DNA of 64,000 nucleotides from Cetorhinus maximus (GCF_964194155.1 NW_027596508.1:124001-188000); one strand, 5' to 3'; numbered from the stretch's first letter, positions 27,136 to 40,041 are shown. Program-made: numbers and translations. The notes: generated from the letters alone by a model not told the origin.

Positions 27136-28590
27136 CATTAACACCCAAAGCCAGTCAACTATCCTTTCACACCGCGAGAGTAACACAGGAAATGTAAGAA
27201 TTACACATGGGCGGTGAAACAGAGTTCGTGTTGTAGGTAAGTGACTTTTCACCTGAACAGGAGAGGAAAATATTTTGTGATAGGGGTTAAGCCAGTGAAA
27301 GGGAAGCGGGAAAAATGCAAAAACGACGCCCTGGAAAATCTTGGAAATCGGGAGAGATAAAATCACAACAGAGTTTGTGCTGCATCGCCAGAGAGAGGGA
27401 AACATCAGCTCCGAGAGTTAAACAGCACAGAAGTAGGGCACTCGGCTCCATATGTGGAGCAATAAAGAGAAAAAAATATGTAACTGGTGGAGGTTTTAAA
27501 TCGCGGATTGATGAACAACTGCCGAAGCTCAAACCAAATCTGCGAACAGAAGGGAATCAGAATGTTGGCAGTTTTTACAGAGCGATATTGTTGAGCTAAA
27601 TGTTCACACTGGAAGGCTGTAAAGTTCCTCATTGAAGGATGAGGCGCTGTTCCAATCTTGAGCTTCATCGGAACATTGCAGGAGTCCGAGAACCGAGTGA
27701 TCAGGGTGAGAGCCAGGTCGCCAGTCTTTTCGTTTCACCAGCTTGACTGTGTGGATGATATGTTTGGACTTTCTGTTAATTTACCGCACATTGTTGGCTA
27801 TCAGTTTTGTCGCGGGAAAATGCCACGTCAACACTTTCTGTCAAAAGTAACCCCATCCCAACACTTAATGCCCTGAGAAACTGTCACTTAGACATGTGAT
27901 GACCAGCAATTGAAGTGAGCGCTGCCTAACTTCCCTGACCGTTAATTCCCCCTGAACTTCTTTGCTAAGTCGAATTAAAGCTGACTTTCTGCAACTCCTA
28001 TAACACGGCTAAAATATGGTCAAGTAATATGAAGCTGTAACCCTCCCACCTCCCCCCCATCCCCGGCCGCACAGCCACCCTCAGCTCTGCCAGTCTGAAT
28101 GTTCTTTCAGACAAAACTTCAACTCCATGTGAAAATCAGGCTGTGAACATTTTGACCCAATTGGGCTGTGTACAAAGGGAGGTCACATGGTTTTCATGGT
28201 TCTGAATGAAAACATACCTGGAAAACTGTGTTTTCAAAAGTGGGCTTTTTTTTCCTTCGAGAAGAGAAGGTCCAACTGCTTGATGTTGTCTCGGATCAGT
28301 GCTGGGGAGCGACTGTGGAACCCTGACCCCATCTCAAGGCCTGCGCACCCTGACCTTTGCCTTGATCCATTGGATTTTAACGTTTGGCAAAATTCCCCCC
28401 TTTCTAAAGAAGGGTCATAAGGACTCGAAACATTGACTCTGTATTTATTTCTCCCCACAGATGCTGTTAGTCCAGCTGATAATTTCCAGCATTTTCTGTT
28501 TTTGATTTTCAAGATCCTCATCATTTTGCTTTAATTTCCCCTATTTCTCTTTTTAATATCATGGTTTTCTATTATGAGCACGTGTAAGTA

Positions 28591-28670
28591 AGTGTGTGTG
28601 TGTTTGTGAGAGAGGGAGAGCATGTGTATGTGTGTGTGTGTATGTGTATGTGTGTGTGTGTATGTATATG
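28591..28670. repeat. Imperfect (TG)n microsatellite (paralogue at ~35783-35857)
   Basis: TG/TA dinucleotide run. Confidence 0.85.
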
Positions 28671-30636
28671 ACTTTTTATCTCGAAAGATTAATTCGCATA
28701 ATTTCAGATCCATACTCTATGTTCATAAGCTTTACTTTTCTATTCGAAAATACCTTTTCTTATAATAAACAAACAAATTTATTGTTCATCGAAATAATCC
28801 ACTTTAAAATCTCTTTTATTTTCGGGAACAGAGGTGAAGGTTTATAATTGGCCATTTTGGAAAGTCAGTTGAACATTTCAACCAATGTTGCGACCTGTGG
28901 AGTAGTGGGACTAGACCAAGGGCACACTCCTCCCACCCCGCTCGTAACAGGGTGTTCACTCCGAAACTTAACTCCAGCTTGCTTCGACTTTTCTTTTAAG
29001 ATCTTGGATTCGATACTTTTGTTCACAATAATATGGGGATCCGACTTAGAGTTCATTCGACATGATATTTCGATCTCCCTCTAAGGTCAAACATTGGAGC
29101 AGTGGAAATATTCCGGGGACGTGGGTTCATTTCCCACCATAGGTTGCTGGTGGAAATTAAACTCAATAATTAAAGCCTGCAATTAAACGCTAAGCTCAGT
29201 GGTGGTTCACTGATGTCTTCCCACTGATGTCTGGCCTACATATGAGTTTGATTCCTAACTGCCCGCTGAGAAAGCCATTGATTTCAACGACAGTTTGAGA
29301 TGTATTACAGAGACTGGCCTTGCGAACGACGTTCACAACCCCTGAAATAATGTTTTAAAAGGTTGAATGTGCACCTCACTGATTGGATCTTCCATCAGCC
29401 CCTGTAATGGTCAGACGTGTTGGATAATAAAGCGCTTTGTGACGTCAGGAGAAAGATCAATTCAGAACATCTCAGTGAAACCGAGGCTCAAACCCACATC
29501 TGCGAACAGAAGGGAATCAGAATGTTGGCAGTTTTTACAGAGTGATATTGTTGAGCTGAATGTTCACACTGGAAGGCTGTAAAGTTCCTCGTTGAAGGAT
29601 GAGCTGCTGCTCCTCGAGCGAACCTTGAGCTTCATCGGAACATTACAGGAGTCCGAGAACCGAGTGATCAGGGTGAAAGCCAGGTCGCCAGTCATTTCGT
29701 TTCACCAGCTTGACTGTGTGGATGAGTTGTTGGACTTTCTGTTAATTTACCGCACATTCTTGGCTATCAGTTCTGTCGCAGGAAAATGCCACTTCAACAC
29801 TTCCTGTCAAAAGTAACCCCATCCCAACTCTTACTGCCCTGAGAAACTGCCACTTAGACATGTGATGACCAGTAATTGAAGTGAGCGCTGCCTAACGTCC
29901 CTGACCGTTAATTCCCCCTGAGCTTCTTTACTAAGTCGAATTAAAGCTGACTTTCTGCAACTCCTATAACGCAGCTAAAATATGGTCAAATAATATGAAG
30001 CTGTAACCTTCCCGCCTAACCCACCATCATCTGCCCCCACAACACGTCCCTCCCCTCAGTGCACCCCCCCAACTACAACCACCCTCGCCACTCCCCTCCC
30101 CTCCACACCAATCCCACTCCCCCTTCCCCCCCGGCCCCACAGCCACCCCCAGCTCTGCCAGACTGAATGTTCTTTCAGACAAGCCTACAACACCATGTTC
30201 AAATCAGGCTGTGAACATTTTGATCCAATTGGGCTGTGTACAAAGGGGGTCACATGGATTTCATGATTCTGAAGGAAAACATGCCCGGGAGACTGTCTTG
30301 TAAAAAATGGGCTTTTTTTTCCTTTGAGAAGAGAAGGACCAACTGCTTGATGTTGTCACTGATCAGTGCGGGGGGAGCGACTGTAGAACAATGACCCCAT
30401 CTCAAGACTGCGCACCCTGACCTTTGCCTTGATCCATTGACGTTTAATGTTTGGCAAAATTACCCCCTTTCTAGAGAAGCGTCATAAGGACTCGAAACGT
30501 TGACTCTGTATTTATTTCTCCCCACAGATGCTGTTAGACCAGCTGATTTTTTTCCAGCATTTTCTGTTTTTGTTTCTGATTTCCAACATCCCCATCATTA
30601 TGCTTTAATTTCCCCTAGTTCTCTTTTTACTATCAT

Positions 30637-30831
30637 NNNNNNNNNNNNNNNNNNNNNNNNNNNNNNNNNNNNNNNNNNNNNNNNNNNNNNNNNNNNNNNN
30701 NNNNNNNNNNNNNNNNNNNNNNNNNNNNNNNNNNNNNNNNNNNNNNNNNNNNNNNNNNNNNNNNNNNNNNNNNNNNNNNNNNNNNNNNNNNNNNNNNNNN
30801 NNNNNNNNNNNNNNNNNNNNNNNNNNNNNNN
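30637..30831. other. Assembly gap (195 N)
   Basis: Run of N at the position where paralogous units carry the (TG)n tract. Confidence 0.99.
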
Positions 30832-31841
30832 TGTGTCTGTGTGACTTCAGATCCATACTGTATGTTCATAAGCTTTACATGTCTATTCGAAAATACCTTT
30901 TTTTATAATAAACAAATGAATTTATTGTTCATCGAAATAATCCACTTTGAAACCTCTTTTATTCTCGGGAACACTGGTGAAAGTAAATAATTGGCAATTT
31001 TGGTGAGTGAAATGAACATTTGAGCCAATGTTGCGACCTGTGGAGTAGTGGGACTAGACCAACCGCGCACTCCTCCCATCCCACTCGTAACAGTGTGCTC
31101 ACTCAGAAACTTAGCTCCAGGTCACTGTCGACTCCTTCTGTAAAGCCGATGACATATTGGGCTTCCCACTAAACATGCAGAAAACTAAGGTCCGATTCCA
31201 ATATTCGTGACTGAGGAAGACCCCCAGAAACGGCTGCACACAAAGAGCTTACTGAAAGGTCAAATTATGTTGTTTCAGTGAGTCATAGAAGTGACCTTGG
31301 AGCAGGTTAAGCAGCATTTCCCGTGTTTCAATGAGAAATGCTGATCTGAATTTAAAAGGAAAGAGTAAATATTTGTAATACTCATGAGATCCGTCTGCCG
31401 CATGACTGAGGCGAGCTCATTTCTCGACCTAATCACTGAGGGACACAGACACAAAGAAATATTAATAAACGGGAGGGAAACAATGGATTAATTGAATTCC
31501 AATTACGGTCCCCTGGTTAATGTTAAAAAAAAGCAGAATTGCAATGCATCAACAGACGGATTTTCAGGAATTTAAAATTCCAATGACTGATCGAGGAACC
31601 AGAAGCTGCGAACATATGAGCGTTGCACAGTTGTTAGCATAGTTTATATGGGTGCTGAGTTGACCAGTGCTTTTTCAAGAATGGTCAAACCGAGCTTTAT
31701 TCCAGTAAGGTGGACCAGCGGGCACAGAGCTGTCCGTGTGCGTTGGAGGAGACCCCTACCCTCAGAAGCGGGACTGGGTCTTCCCAAAAACCGCTGGCGA
31801 AATCAGCTAGCGACGCTCAGGCGAAAGGGCTTGCAACATGC

Positions 31842-31914
31842 TGCCGAAACCCGGGATGGGACCAGGGACCTTTAGATCTTCAGTCTAACGCTCTCCCAAC
31901 TGAGGTATTTCGGC
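31842..31914 (-). pseudogene. tRNA-Phe(GAA) pseudogene; B box destroyed
   Basis: The minus strand reads GCCGAAATACCTCAGTTGGGAGAGCGTTAGACTGAAGATCTAAAGGTCCCTGGTCCCATCCCGGGTTTCGGCA. Confidence 0.9.
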
Positions 31915-31927
31915 TGACAGAAGGGCG

Positions 31928-31995
31928 TTCTTCGAGCCAGAATTAAACCAGAGACCTAAGGATGTTAGTTTTACAGGCACCTGCAGTCCTGCGCT
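31928..31995 (-). pseudogene. 5'-truncated intron-containing tRNA-Tyr remnant (17-nt intron 31964-31980; anticodon GTA>GCA)
   Basis: The minus strand reads AGCGCAGGA CT GCA G [intron] ATCCTTAGGTCTCTGGTTTAATTCTGGCTCGAAGAA, colinear with vertebrate tRNA-Tyr. Confidence 0.78.
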
Positions 31996-32569
31996 TATAT
32001 TAAAGAACATGATCATATAATGACAAAGGACAGCCATCACCTCGTTTCAGTTCCCTCCAGTTTTCCAGTTTTTCTTGATGAAGAGGGGGTGCAAAGCCCA
32101 ACGAAGCATCAGTTCATTGCCATAATCTCTCGGCCAATCGCTACACAGGGACTGTCCTACAAACAACTTTCTTCATCCTTTGAGTGAATTGCTCCCTGAC
32201 GTCACTATTAAATGGCTTCGCTCTAAGTTTAAGGTTATATACATTTGTTCTGCACTCCCTCGCCAGAGGAAATCGTTTCTCCGCATTAAAACCTACTAAT
32301 CATCTCAATTACCTCAACCAGATAGCGCCTACACTTTCCCAACTCACGAGTATGTTAGCGTCACAGCGGGAGCACATCTAACTGCAGATCAGAAAAATGT
32401 GTGTGTCGCACTTGTCATGGCTAGTTTTACACCAAATCTGTATCTGAATTAATGGAACCCGCTTGTGATAAACACTGTCGCCTTTCACTGGGGCTGATCA
32501 GTTTCATAGAGCCACGTATGCGATTTCCTCAGTTCTGCTTTTGTACAAAGCCGGGGAAATGCAACAGAG

Positions 32570-33130
32570 ATGTCAGTCTTCAGCCAGCTCCATTCACTCC
32601 AAGTGAAATCGAGAAATGGCTGAAGGCACGGGTAACTGCAAAGGCTTTGGGCCCCGACACCAATCCGGCAGCAGTATTGAAAACCTGTGCTCCAGAAATA
32701 GCCTCGCCCCTCGCCAAGTTGTTCCAGTGCAGGTACAGGACTGGCATCTAGCCGGAAATGTGTGAAATTGCTCAGGTCTGTCTTGTCCACAAAAAAACAG
32801 GAAAATCCAACCGGAAAAAGCCGCCCCATCAGCCTACTCTAGTTGAATAAGAAGGTGAGGGAAAATGTCTTCGTCAGTGCGATCAAGTGACCCTTACTCC
32901 GCACTAATCCGCTCACTGAAGCTCAGTTTGTCTCCAGCCAGGGTCACTCAGCTCCTGACTTCATTGCAGCCTTGGTCCAAACATGAAGAAAACAACTGAA
33001 CTCAAGACGTGAGGTGCAAGTGACTGCACTTGAGTTCAAAGAAGCATTTGACCTAATGTGGCATCAAGGAACCCCAGCAATACTGAAGTCAAAAGAAGTA
33101 AGGCGGGAAACTCACCACTGGTTGGAGTCG
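32570..33130 (+). mobile_element. LINE reverse transcriptase fragment (CR1/L2 group); paralogue at ~37735-38290, shorter pieces at ~14550-14720 and ~23860-24030
   Basis: Translations TAKALGPDTNPAAVLKTCAPEIASPLAKLFQ and AQF.F.QGHSAPDLI.ALVQTW...VALEFK..FD.MWHQG. Confidence 0.85.
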
Positions 33131-33247
33131 TCCCCGGGGTTTCTAAAACATCCGAAAAGATTTCCAGCAGGAACAGTAATTCGCTTATGATTGATGCACT
33201 TTGTGTGACAATGAAAGGATTCCTTGATTGGTTTGTGTTATGTCGTT

Positions 33248-33321
33248 AGCTTGTTTGTCGCTTTGGGCTTTCCTGTGGATTCATATGCGTCAGGTCCCGG
33301 GTTCCATTCCCGGACGAGCCC
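33248..33321 (+). pseudogene. tRNA-Pro(TGG) pseudogene with an 18-nt intron (33268-33285) and D-arm deletion
   Basis: AGCTTGTTTGT/CGC TT TGG G [CTTTCCTGTGGATTCATA] T GCGTC AGGTCCCGGGTTCCATTCCCGGACGAGCCC. Confidence 0.8.
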
Positions 33322-33943
33322 ATCTTAATGCACCATTTCTTTTCGCGCTCGAGGTGGTGGCGGTTCCGGAAATCAGGACCAGGTTTGAACACCCGGGAAG
33401 TCATTGCAGGGGATGCATCACTTTAACACACGTGATAAAAATGAATGTCAAGTTTAAAGAACGTTTCTCCGTGCCATGAGACTCTAAATTTATCCTAATA
33501 CATCAAATAAGGGAGCTGTCCACTTGTGGATTCACGTGGGAGGCTGATTGCACTCAGTTTCAATCTTGACTGAAAGGACAAGCAGAGCTGGGAATCCCAG
33601 TGTTCCATTTTAATTTACCACATTTTAGCTGTGTTCCGGTGCTCGCAGTGAGCTGGGAGGGGTTTCCTTTTGCTATCAAATGCTTTTATGTTGAAGTCTT
33701 TCCGCGGTGGGTTTTCACACTGTATAGAAACATGTTAGGTTAAAGTCTTGAAGCGATTCATATCAGTCGGTTTACAACAGTCCTTGATCTGATGTGATGC
33801 ACATTTATTTTAATAAGATAAACTATGTTTACACTTTTACACATCTGGCCGAATATTCAGGGCCTGTACCAAAGAGGATCATTTATTTCAACGGTTCATG
33901 GATGCAAAAAGTATAGAAGGGGGTTTAAGAAAGGGCATTTTGC

Positions 33944-34025
33944 GATGAGGTGGCCGAGAGGTTAAGGCGATGGACTGCTAATCCATTGTGCTTTGCACGC
34001 GTGGGTTTGAATCCCACCCTCGTCG
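33944..34025 (+). tRNA. tRNA-Ser(GCT), near intact (C56T in the B box, T3:G70 wobble)
   Basis: GATGAGGTGGCCGAGAGGTTAAGGCGATGGACTGCTAATCCATTGTGCTTTGCACGCGTGGGTTTGAATCCCACCCTCGTCG. Confidence 0.92.
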
Positions 34026-36845
34026 TTACTTTATCAACTGTTTCCGTCTTATTCCGGTGATTTTGCAGAAGCTCTGCCTGGAATCACTGATGTGATACTC
34101 CAACCCAAGTTATGAGGCCAGCTTGCGTCGACTTTTCTTGTAAGATCTTGGATTCGATACTTCTGTTCACAATAACATGGGGATCCGACTTAGTGTCCTT
34201 TCGACATGTTATTTCCATCTCTCTCAGGGGAAACATTGGAGCAGTGGAAATATTCCGGGGACTTGGGTTCATTTCCCAAAATAGTTGCTGATGGAAATTA
34301 AACTCAATAATTAAAACCTGCAATTAAACACTAATCTCAGTGGTGGTTCACCGATGTCTTCCCTGGTCTGGCCTAGGGATCAGTTTGATTCCAAACTGCC
34401 CGCTGAGAAATCTACTGATTCAAGGACAGTTTGGGATTTGTAACAAAGACTGACCTTGCGAACGACGGTCACATCCCCTGAAATCATGTTTTAAAAGGGT
34501 GAATGCGCACCTCACTGATTGGATCTTCCATCAGCCCCTGTAATGGACAGATGTGTTGAATATTAAAGCGCTTTGTGACGTCAAGAAAAATATAAATTTC
34601 AGTGAAACCGAGGCTCAAACCCACATCTGCGAACAGAAGGGAATCAGAATGTTGGCAGTTTTTACAGAGCGATATTGTTGAGCTGAATGTTCACACTGGA
34701 AGGCTGTGAAGTTCCTCATTGAAGGATGAGCCGCTGCTCCTCCAGCGAACCCTGAGCTTCATCGGAACATGGCAGGAGTCCGAGAACCGAGTGATCAGGG
34801 TGAGAGCCAGGTCGCCAGTCATTTCGTTTCACCAGCTTGACGGTGTGGATGAGTTGTTGGACTTTCTGTTAATTTACCACACATTCTTGGCTATCAGTTC
34901 TGTCGCAGGAAAATGCCACTTCAACACTTTCTGTCAAAAGTAACCCCATCCCAACTCTTACTGCCCTGAGAAACTGCCACTTAGACATGTGATGACCAGT
35001 AATTGAAGTGAGCGCTGCCTAACTTCCCTGACCGTTAATTCCTCCTGAGCTTCTTTGCTAAGTCCAATTAAAGCTGACTTTCTGCAACTCCTATAACACA
35101 GCTAAAATATGGTCAAGTAACATGAAGCTGTAACCCTTCCGTCCAACCCACCATCATCTGCCCCCACCACACGCCCCTCCTCTCACTGCTTCACCCAATT
35201 GCCACCACCCTCGCCCCCCTGCACCCCCAGCACTACCCCCCACCCCTCCCCCGCCCCCCCCTCCCCCGGACCCGCAGCCACCCCCCAACTCTGCCAAGCT
35301 GAATGTTCTTTCAGACAAGCCTACATGTTGAAATCAGGCTGTGAACATTTTGACCCGATAGGGCTCTGTACACTGGGGGTCACATGGATTTCATGGTTCT
35401 GAAAGAAATCATACCTGGAAAACTGTGTTTTAAAAAGTGGGCTTTTTTTCCTTTGAGAAGAGAAGGACCAACTGCTTGATGTTGTCACGGATCAGTGCTG
35501 GGGGAGTTACTGTCGAACACTGACCCCATCTCAAGGACTGCACACCCTGTCTTTTGCCTTGATCGATTGACTTTTAATTTTTGGCAAAATTGCTCCCTTT
35601 CTAAAGAAGGTTCATAAGGGCTCGAAACGTTGACTCTGTATTTACTTCTCCCCACAGATGCTGTTAGAGCAGCTGATTTTTTGCAGCATTTTCTGTTATT
35701 GTTTCTGATTTCCAGCATCCCCATCATTTTGCTTTAATTTCCCCTATTTCTCTTTTTACTATCATGGTTTCCTATTATGAATGCGTGTGTGTATGTGTGT
35801 TTGTGAGAGAGGGAGAGCGTGTGTGTGTATATGTGTGTGTATATGTGTGTGTGTGTGACTTATGGTATCTCAAAAGATTAATTCGCATAATGTCAGATCC
35901 ATACTGTACTTTTCTATTCGAAAATACCTTTTTCTATAATAAACAAACATATTTATTGTTCATCGAAATAATCCACTTTAAAACCTCTTTTATTCTCGGG
36001 AACAGTGGTGAAGGTAAATAATTGGCAATTTTGGTGAGTAAATTGAACATTTGAGCCCATGTTGTGACCTGTAGAGTACTGGGAATAGACCAAGGGCGCA
36101 CTCCTCCCATCCCGCTCGTAAAAGGGTGCTCACTCAGAAACTTAGCTCCAGGTCACTGTCGACTCCTTCTATAAAGCCGATGACATATTGGGCTTCCCAC
36201 TAAACATGCAGAAAACTAAGATCCGATTCCAATATGCGTGACTGAGGAAGACCCCCAGAAACGGCTGCACCCAAAGAGCTTACTGAAAGGTCAAATTATG
36301 TTGTTTCAGTGAGTCATAGAAGTGACCTTGGAGCAGGTGAAGCAGCATTTCCTGTGTTTCAATGAGAAATCCTGATCTGAATTTAAAAGGAAAGGGTAAA
36401 TATTTGTAATACTCATGAGATCCATCCGCCGCATGACTGAGGCGAGCTCATTTCATAGTGACCTAATCACTGAGAGACACAGACACAAAGAAATATTAAT
36501 AAACGAGAGGGAAACAATGGACTACTTGGATTCCAATTACGGTCCCCTGGTTAAAGTGAAAAAAAGCACCAATGCAATGCATCAACAGACGGATTTTCAG
36601 GAAATTAAAATCAGTCAATGACTGATCGAGGAACCAGAAGCTGGGAACATATGACCAGCGCTTTTTCATATGTTTTTTTCAAGAAAGGTTAAACCGAGCT
36701 TTATTCAAGTAAGGTGGACCAGCGGTCACAGAGCTCTCCGTGTGCGGTGGATGAGACCCCTACCCTCAGAAGCGGGACTAGGCCTTCCCAAAAACGGTCG
36801 GCGCCATCGGCTAGCGACGCTCAGGCGAAAGGATTTGCTATTTGC

Positions 36846-36918
36846 TGCCGAAACCCGGGATCGAACCAGGGACCTTTAGGTCTTCAGTCTAACGCTCTCC
36901 CAACTGAGCTATTTCGGC
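36846..36918 (-). tRNA. tRNA-Phe(GAA), near intact (T39C gives an A31:C39 mismatch)
   Basis: The minus strand reads GCCGAAATAGCTCAGTTGGGAGAGCGTTAGACTGAAGACCTAAAGGTCCCTGGTTCGATCCCGGGTTTCGGCA. Confidence 0.95.
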
Positions 36919-36931
36919 TGACAGAAATGCG

Positions 36932-36999
36932 TTCTTCGAGCCAGAATTGAACCAGAGAACTAAGGATGTTAGTTTTACAGGCACCTGCAGTCCTGCGCT
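36932..36999 (-). pseudogene. 5'-truncated intron-containing tRNA-Tyr remnant (intron 36968-36984; anticodon GCA)
   Basis: Paralogue of 31928-31995. Confidence 0.78.
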
Positions 37000-38407
37000 T
37001 ACATTAGAGAACATGATCGCATAATGACAAAGGACAGCCATCGCCTCATTTCAGTTCCCTCCAGTTTTCCAGTTTTTCGTGATAAAGAGGGGGTGCAAAG
37101 CCCAACGAAGCATCAGTTCATTGCCATAATCTCTCGGCCAATCGCTACACAGGGATTGTCCGACAAACAGCTTTCTTCATCCTTTGAGTGAATTGCTCCC
37201 TGACGTCACTATTAAATGGCTTCGCTCTAAGTTTAAGGTTACATACATTTGTTCTGCACTCCCCCGCCAGAGAAAATCGTTTCTCCGCATTAAAACCTAT
37301 TAATCATCTCAATTACCTCAACCAGATAACGCCTACAGCTTCTCAACTCACGAGCTGGTGTCAGCTGTGGCTCAGTTCATAGCACCCTCGCCTTTGAATC
37401 AGAGGGTTGTGGGTTGTTGTCCCGCTCCCGGAAAACCAAGAACTGTGATTGTACTCGAAAGAAGTTGCAATCTGTGACTGTTGGTAACTTGAGAGAGTTC
37501 CCCAACTCACGAGTATGTAAACGTCACAGCGGGAGCACATTTAACTGCATGCAGATCAGAAAAATGTGTGTTTCGCACTTGGTCATGGCTAGTTTTACAC
37601 CAAATCTGTATCTGAATTAATGGAACCCGCTTGTGATAAACCCTGTCACCTTTCACTGTTTAGCTGATCAGTTTCATAGAGCCACGTATGTGATTTCCTC
37701 AGTTCCGCTTTTGTTCAAAGCCGGGGGAATGCATCAGAGATGTCAATTTTAAGCCAGCTCTATTCACTCCAAGTGAAATCAAGAAATGGCTGAAGGCACG
37801 GGTAACTGCAAAGGCTTTGGGCCCTGACACCATTCCTGCAGCAGCCCTGAAAACCTGTGCTCCAGAAATAGCCTCGCCCCTCACCAAGTTGTCCCAGTGC
37901 AGCTATAGGACTGGCATGTACCCGGCAATGTGGGAAATTGCTCAGATCTGTCTGATCCACAAAAAAACTGGAAAATTCAACCGGAAAAAAACCGCCCCAT
38001 CAGTCTTCACTCGTTTATCAAGAAAGTGAGGGAAAATGTCTTCTACAGTGCGATCAAGCGGCAATAACCCGCTCACTGAAGCTCAGTTTGTTTTCTGCCA
38101 GGGTCACTCAGCTCCTGACCTCATTGGAGCCTTGGTCCAAACATGGAGAAAACAGCTGAACTTAAGACGCGAGGTGCAAGTGGTTGCACTTGAGTTCAAA
38201 CAAGTATTTGACGTAATGTGGCATCAAGGAACCCCAGCAAAACTGAAGTCAATGGAAATAAGGCGGGAAACTCTCCACTATTTGGAGTCGTCCCCGGGGT
38301 TTCTAAAACATTCGAAAATATTTCCAGCCTGAGCTGTAATTCGCTTATGATTGATGCACTTTGTGTGACAATGAAATGATTCCTTGAGTGCATCTTGTTA
38401 AGAAGGT

Positions 38408-38482
38408 GGCTTGTTGGTCGCTTTGGGTTTTTCCTTTGAATTAATATGCCTGAGGTCCCGGGTTCAATTCCCGGACGAGCCC
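38408..38482 (+). pseudogene. tRNA-Pro(TGG) pseudogene with a 19-nt intron (38428-38446) and D-arm deletion
   Basis: GGCTTGTTGGT/CGC TT TGG G [TTTTTCCTTTGAATTAATA] T GCCTG AGGTCCCGGGTTCAATTCCCGGACGAGCCC. Confidence 0.82.
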
Positions 38483-39111
38483 AACTTAATGCAGCATTTT
38501 CTTTCGCGCTCGAGGTGGTGGCAGTTCCGGAAATCAGGAGCAAGTTTGAACACCCAGGAAGTCATTGCAGGGAATGCATCACCTCAACACACGTGATATA
38601 AATGAATGCCAAGTTTAAAGAGCGTTTCTCCGTGCCATGAGACTCTGAATTTATTCTAATGCATCAAATGAGTGAACTGTCTATTTGTGGATTCACGAGG
38701 GAGGCTGATTGCACTCAGTTTCAATCTTGACTGAAAGGACAAGCAGAGCTGAGAACCCCAGTGTTTCATTTTAATTTACCACATTTTAGCTGTGTTCCGG
38801 TGCTTGCAGTGAGCTGGGAGGGGTTTCCTTTTGCTACCAAATGCTTGTATGTTCCGGTCTTTCCGCGGTGGATTTTCACACTGTGTAGAAACATGTTGGA
38901 TGTTAGTTTGAAGCGTTGAAGTGATTCAAATCAGTCGGTTTACAACAGTCCCTGATCTGATGTGATGGGCATTCATTTTAATGACATAAACTACATTTCC
39001 ATCTTTACACATCTGGCTGAATATTCAGGGCCTGTACCAAAGAGGATCATTTATTTCAACGGTTCATGGATGCAAAAAGTTTAGAAGGGGGTTTAATCGA
39101 CTGTGTTTTGC

Positions 39112-39193
39112 AACGAGGTGGCCGAGAGGTTAAGGCGATGGACTGCTAATCCATTGAGTTTTGCACGCGTGGGTTCGAATCCCAGCTTCGTCG
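39112..39193 (+). tRNA. tRNA-Ser(GCT) with A1:C72 and T-stem mismatches; possibly a pseudogene
   Basis: AACGAGGTGGCCGAGAGGTTAAGGCGATGGACTGCTAATCCATTGAGTTTTGCACGCGTGGGTTCGAATCCCAGCTTCGTCG. Confidence 0.9.
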
Positions 39194-39804
39194 TTACTTT
39201 ATCAACTGTTTTCGCCTTATTGCGGTGATTTTGCAGAAGCTCTGCCTGGAATCACTGATGTGATTCTCCAACCGAAGTTATGAGTCCAGCTTGCTTCGAC
39301 TTTTCTTGTAAGATCTTGGATTCGATACTTTTGTTCACAATAACATGGGGCTACGACTTAGTGTCCATTTGACTTGATATTTCCGTCTCTCTCTAAGGGG
39401 AAACATTGGAGCGGTGGAAATATTCCGGGGACTTGGGTTCATTTCCCACCATAGTTGCTGATGGAAATTAAACTCAATAATTAAAACCTGCAATTAAACG
39501 CTAGTCTCAGTGGTGGTTCACTGATGTCTTCCCTGGTGTGGCCTACATATGAGTTTGATTCCTAACTGCCGTTGAGAAAGCCACTGAGTTCAAGGACAAT
39601 TTGGGATGTGTAACAAAGACTGGCCTTGCGAGCGCCGCTCACAGCCCCTGAAATAATGTTTTAAAAGGGTGAATGCGCACCTCACTGATTGGATCTTCCA
39701 TCAGCCCCTGTAATGGACAGACGTGTTGAATAATAAAGCGCTTTGTGACGTCAAGAAAAAGATCAATTCAGAACATCTCAGTGAAACCGAGGCTCAAACC
39801 CACA

Positions 39805-40041
39805 ACAAAAACAGAATTACCTGGAAAAACTCAGCAGGTCTGGCAGCATCGGCGAAGAGTTGACGTTTCGAGTCCTCATGACCCTTCAGCAGAAAGGTCT
39901 GTTAGTTCTGCTGAAGGGTCATGAGGACTCGAAACGTCAACTCTTTTCTTCTCCGCCGATGCTGCCAGACCTGCTGAGTTTTTCCAGGTAATTCTGTTTT
40001 TGTTTTGGATTTCCAGCATCGGCAGTAGTTTTTTGTTTTTA
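39805..40041. mobile_element. Young Penelope-derived inverted-repeat insertion with a 13-bp target-site duplication
   Basis: Near-perfect inverted arms of ~90 bp. GCTCAAACCCACA is duplicated at 39792-39804 and 40042-40054, and the site is empty in the paralogous units at ~29486 and ~34613. Confidence 0.88.

Noticed and set aside
28911-28923. CTAGACCAAGGGC as the missing 5' end of the minus-strand tRNA-Pro at 26652 (split gene)
   Set aside because: The match is only ~9 nt, lies 2.2 kb away, and also occurs in B units that have no partner half.
30500-30869. ORFs spanning the N run
   Set aside because: Artefacts of the assembly gap.
31981-31986. tRNA-Cys(GCA) gene
   Set aside because: The body and intron position are those of tRNA-Tyr, and the 5' part is missing.
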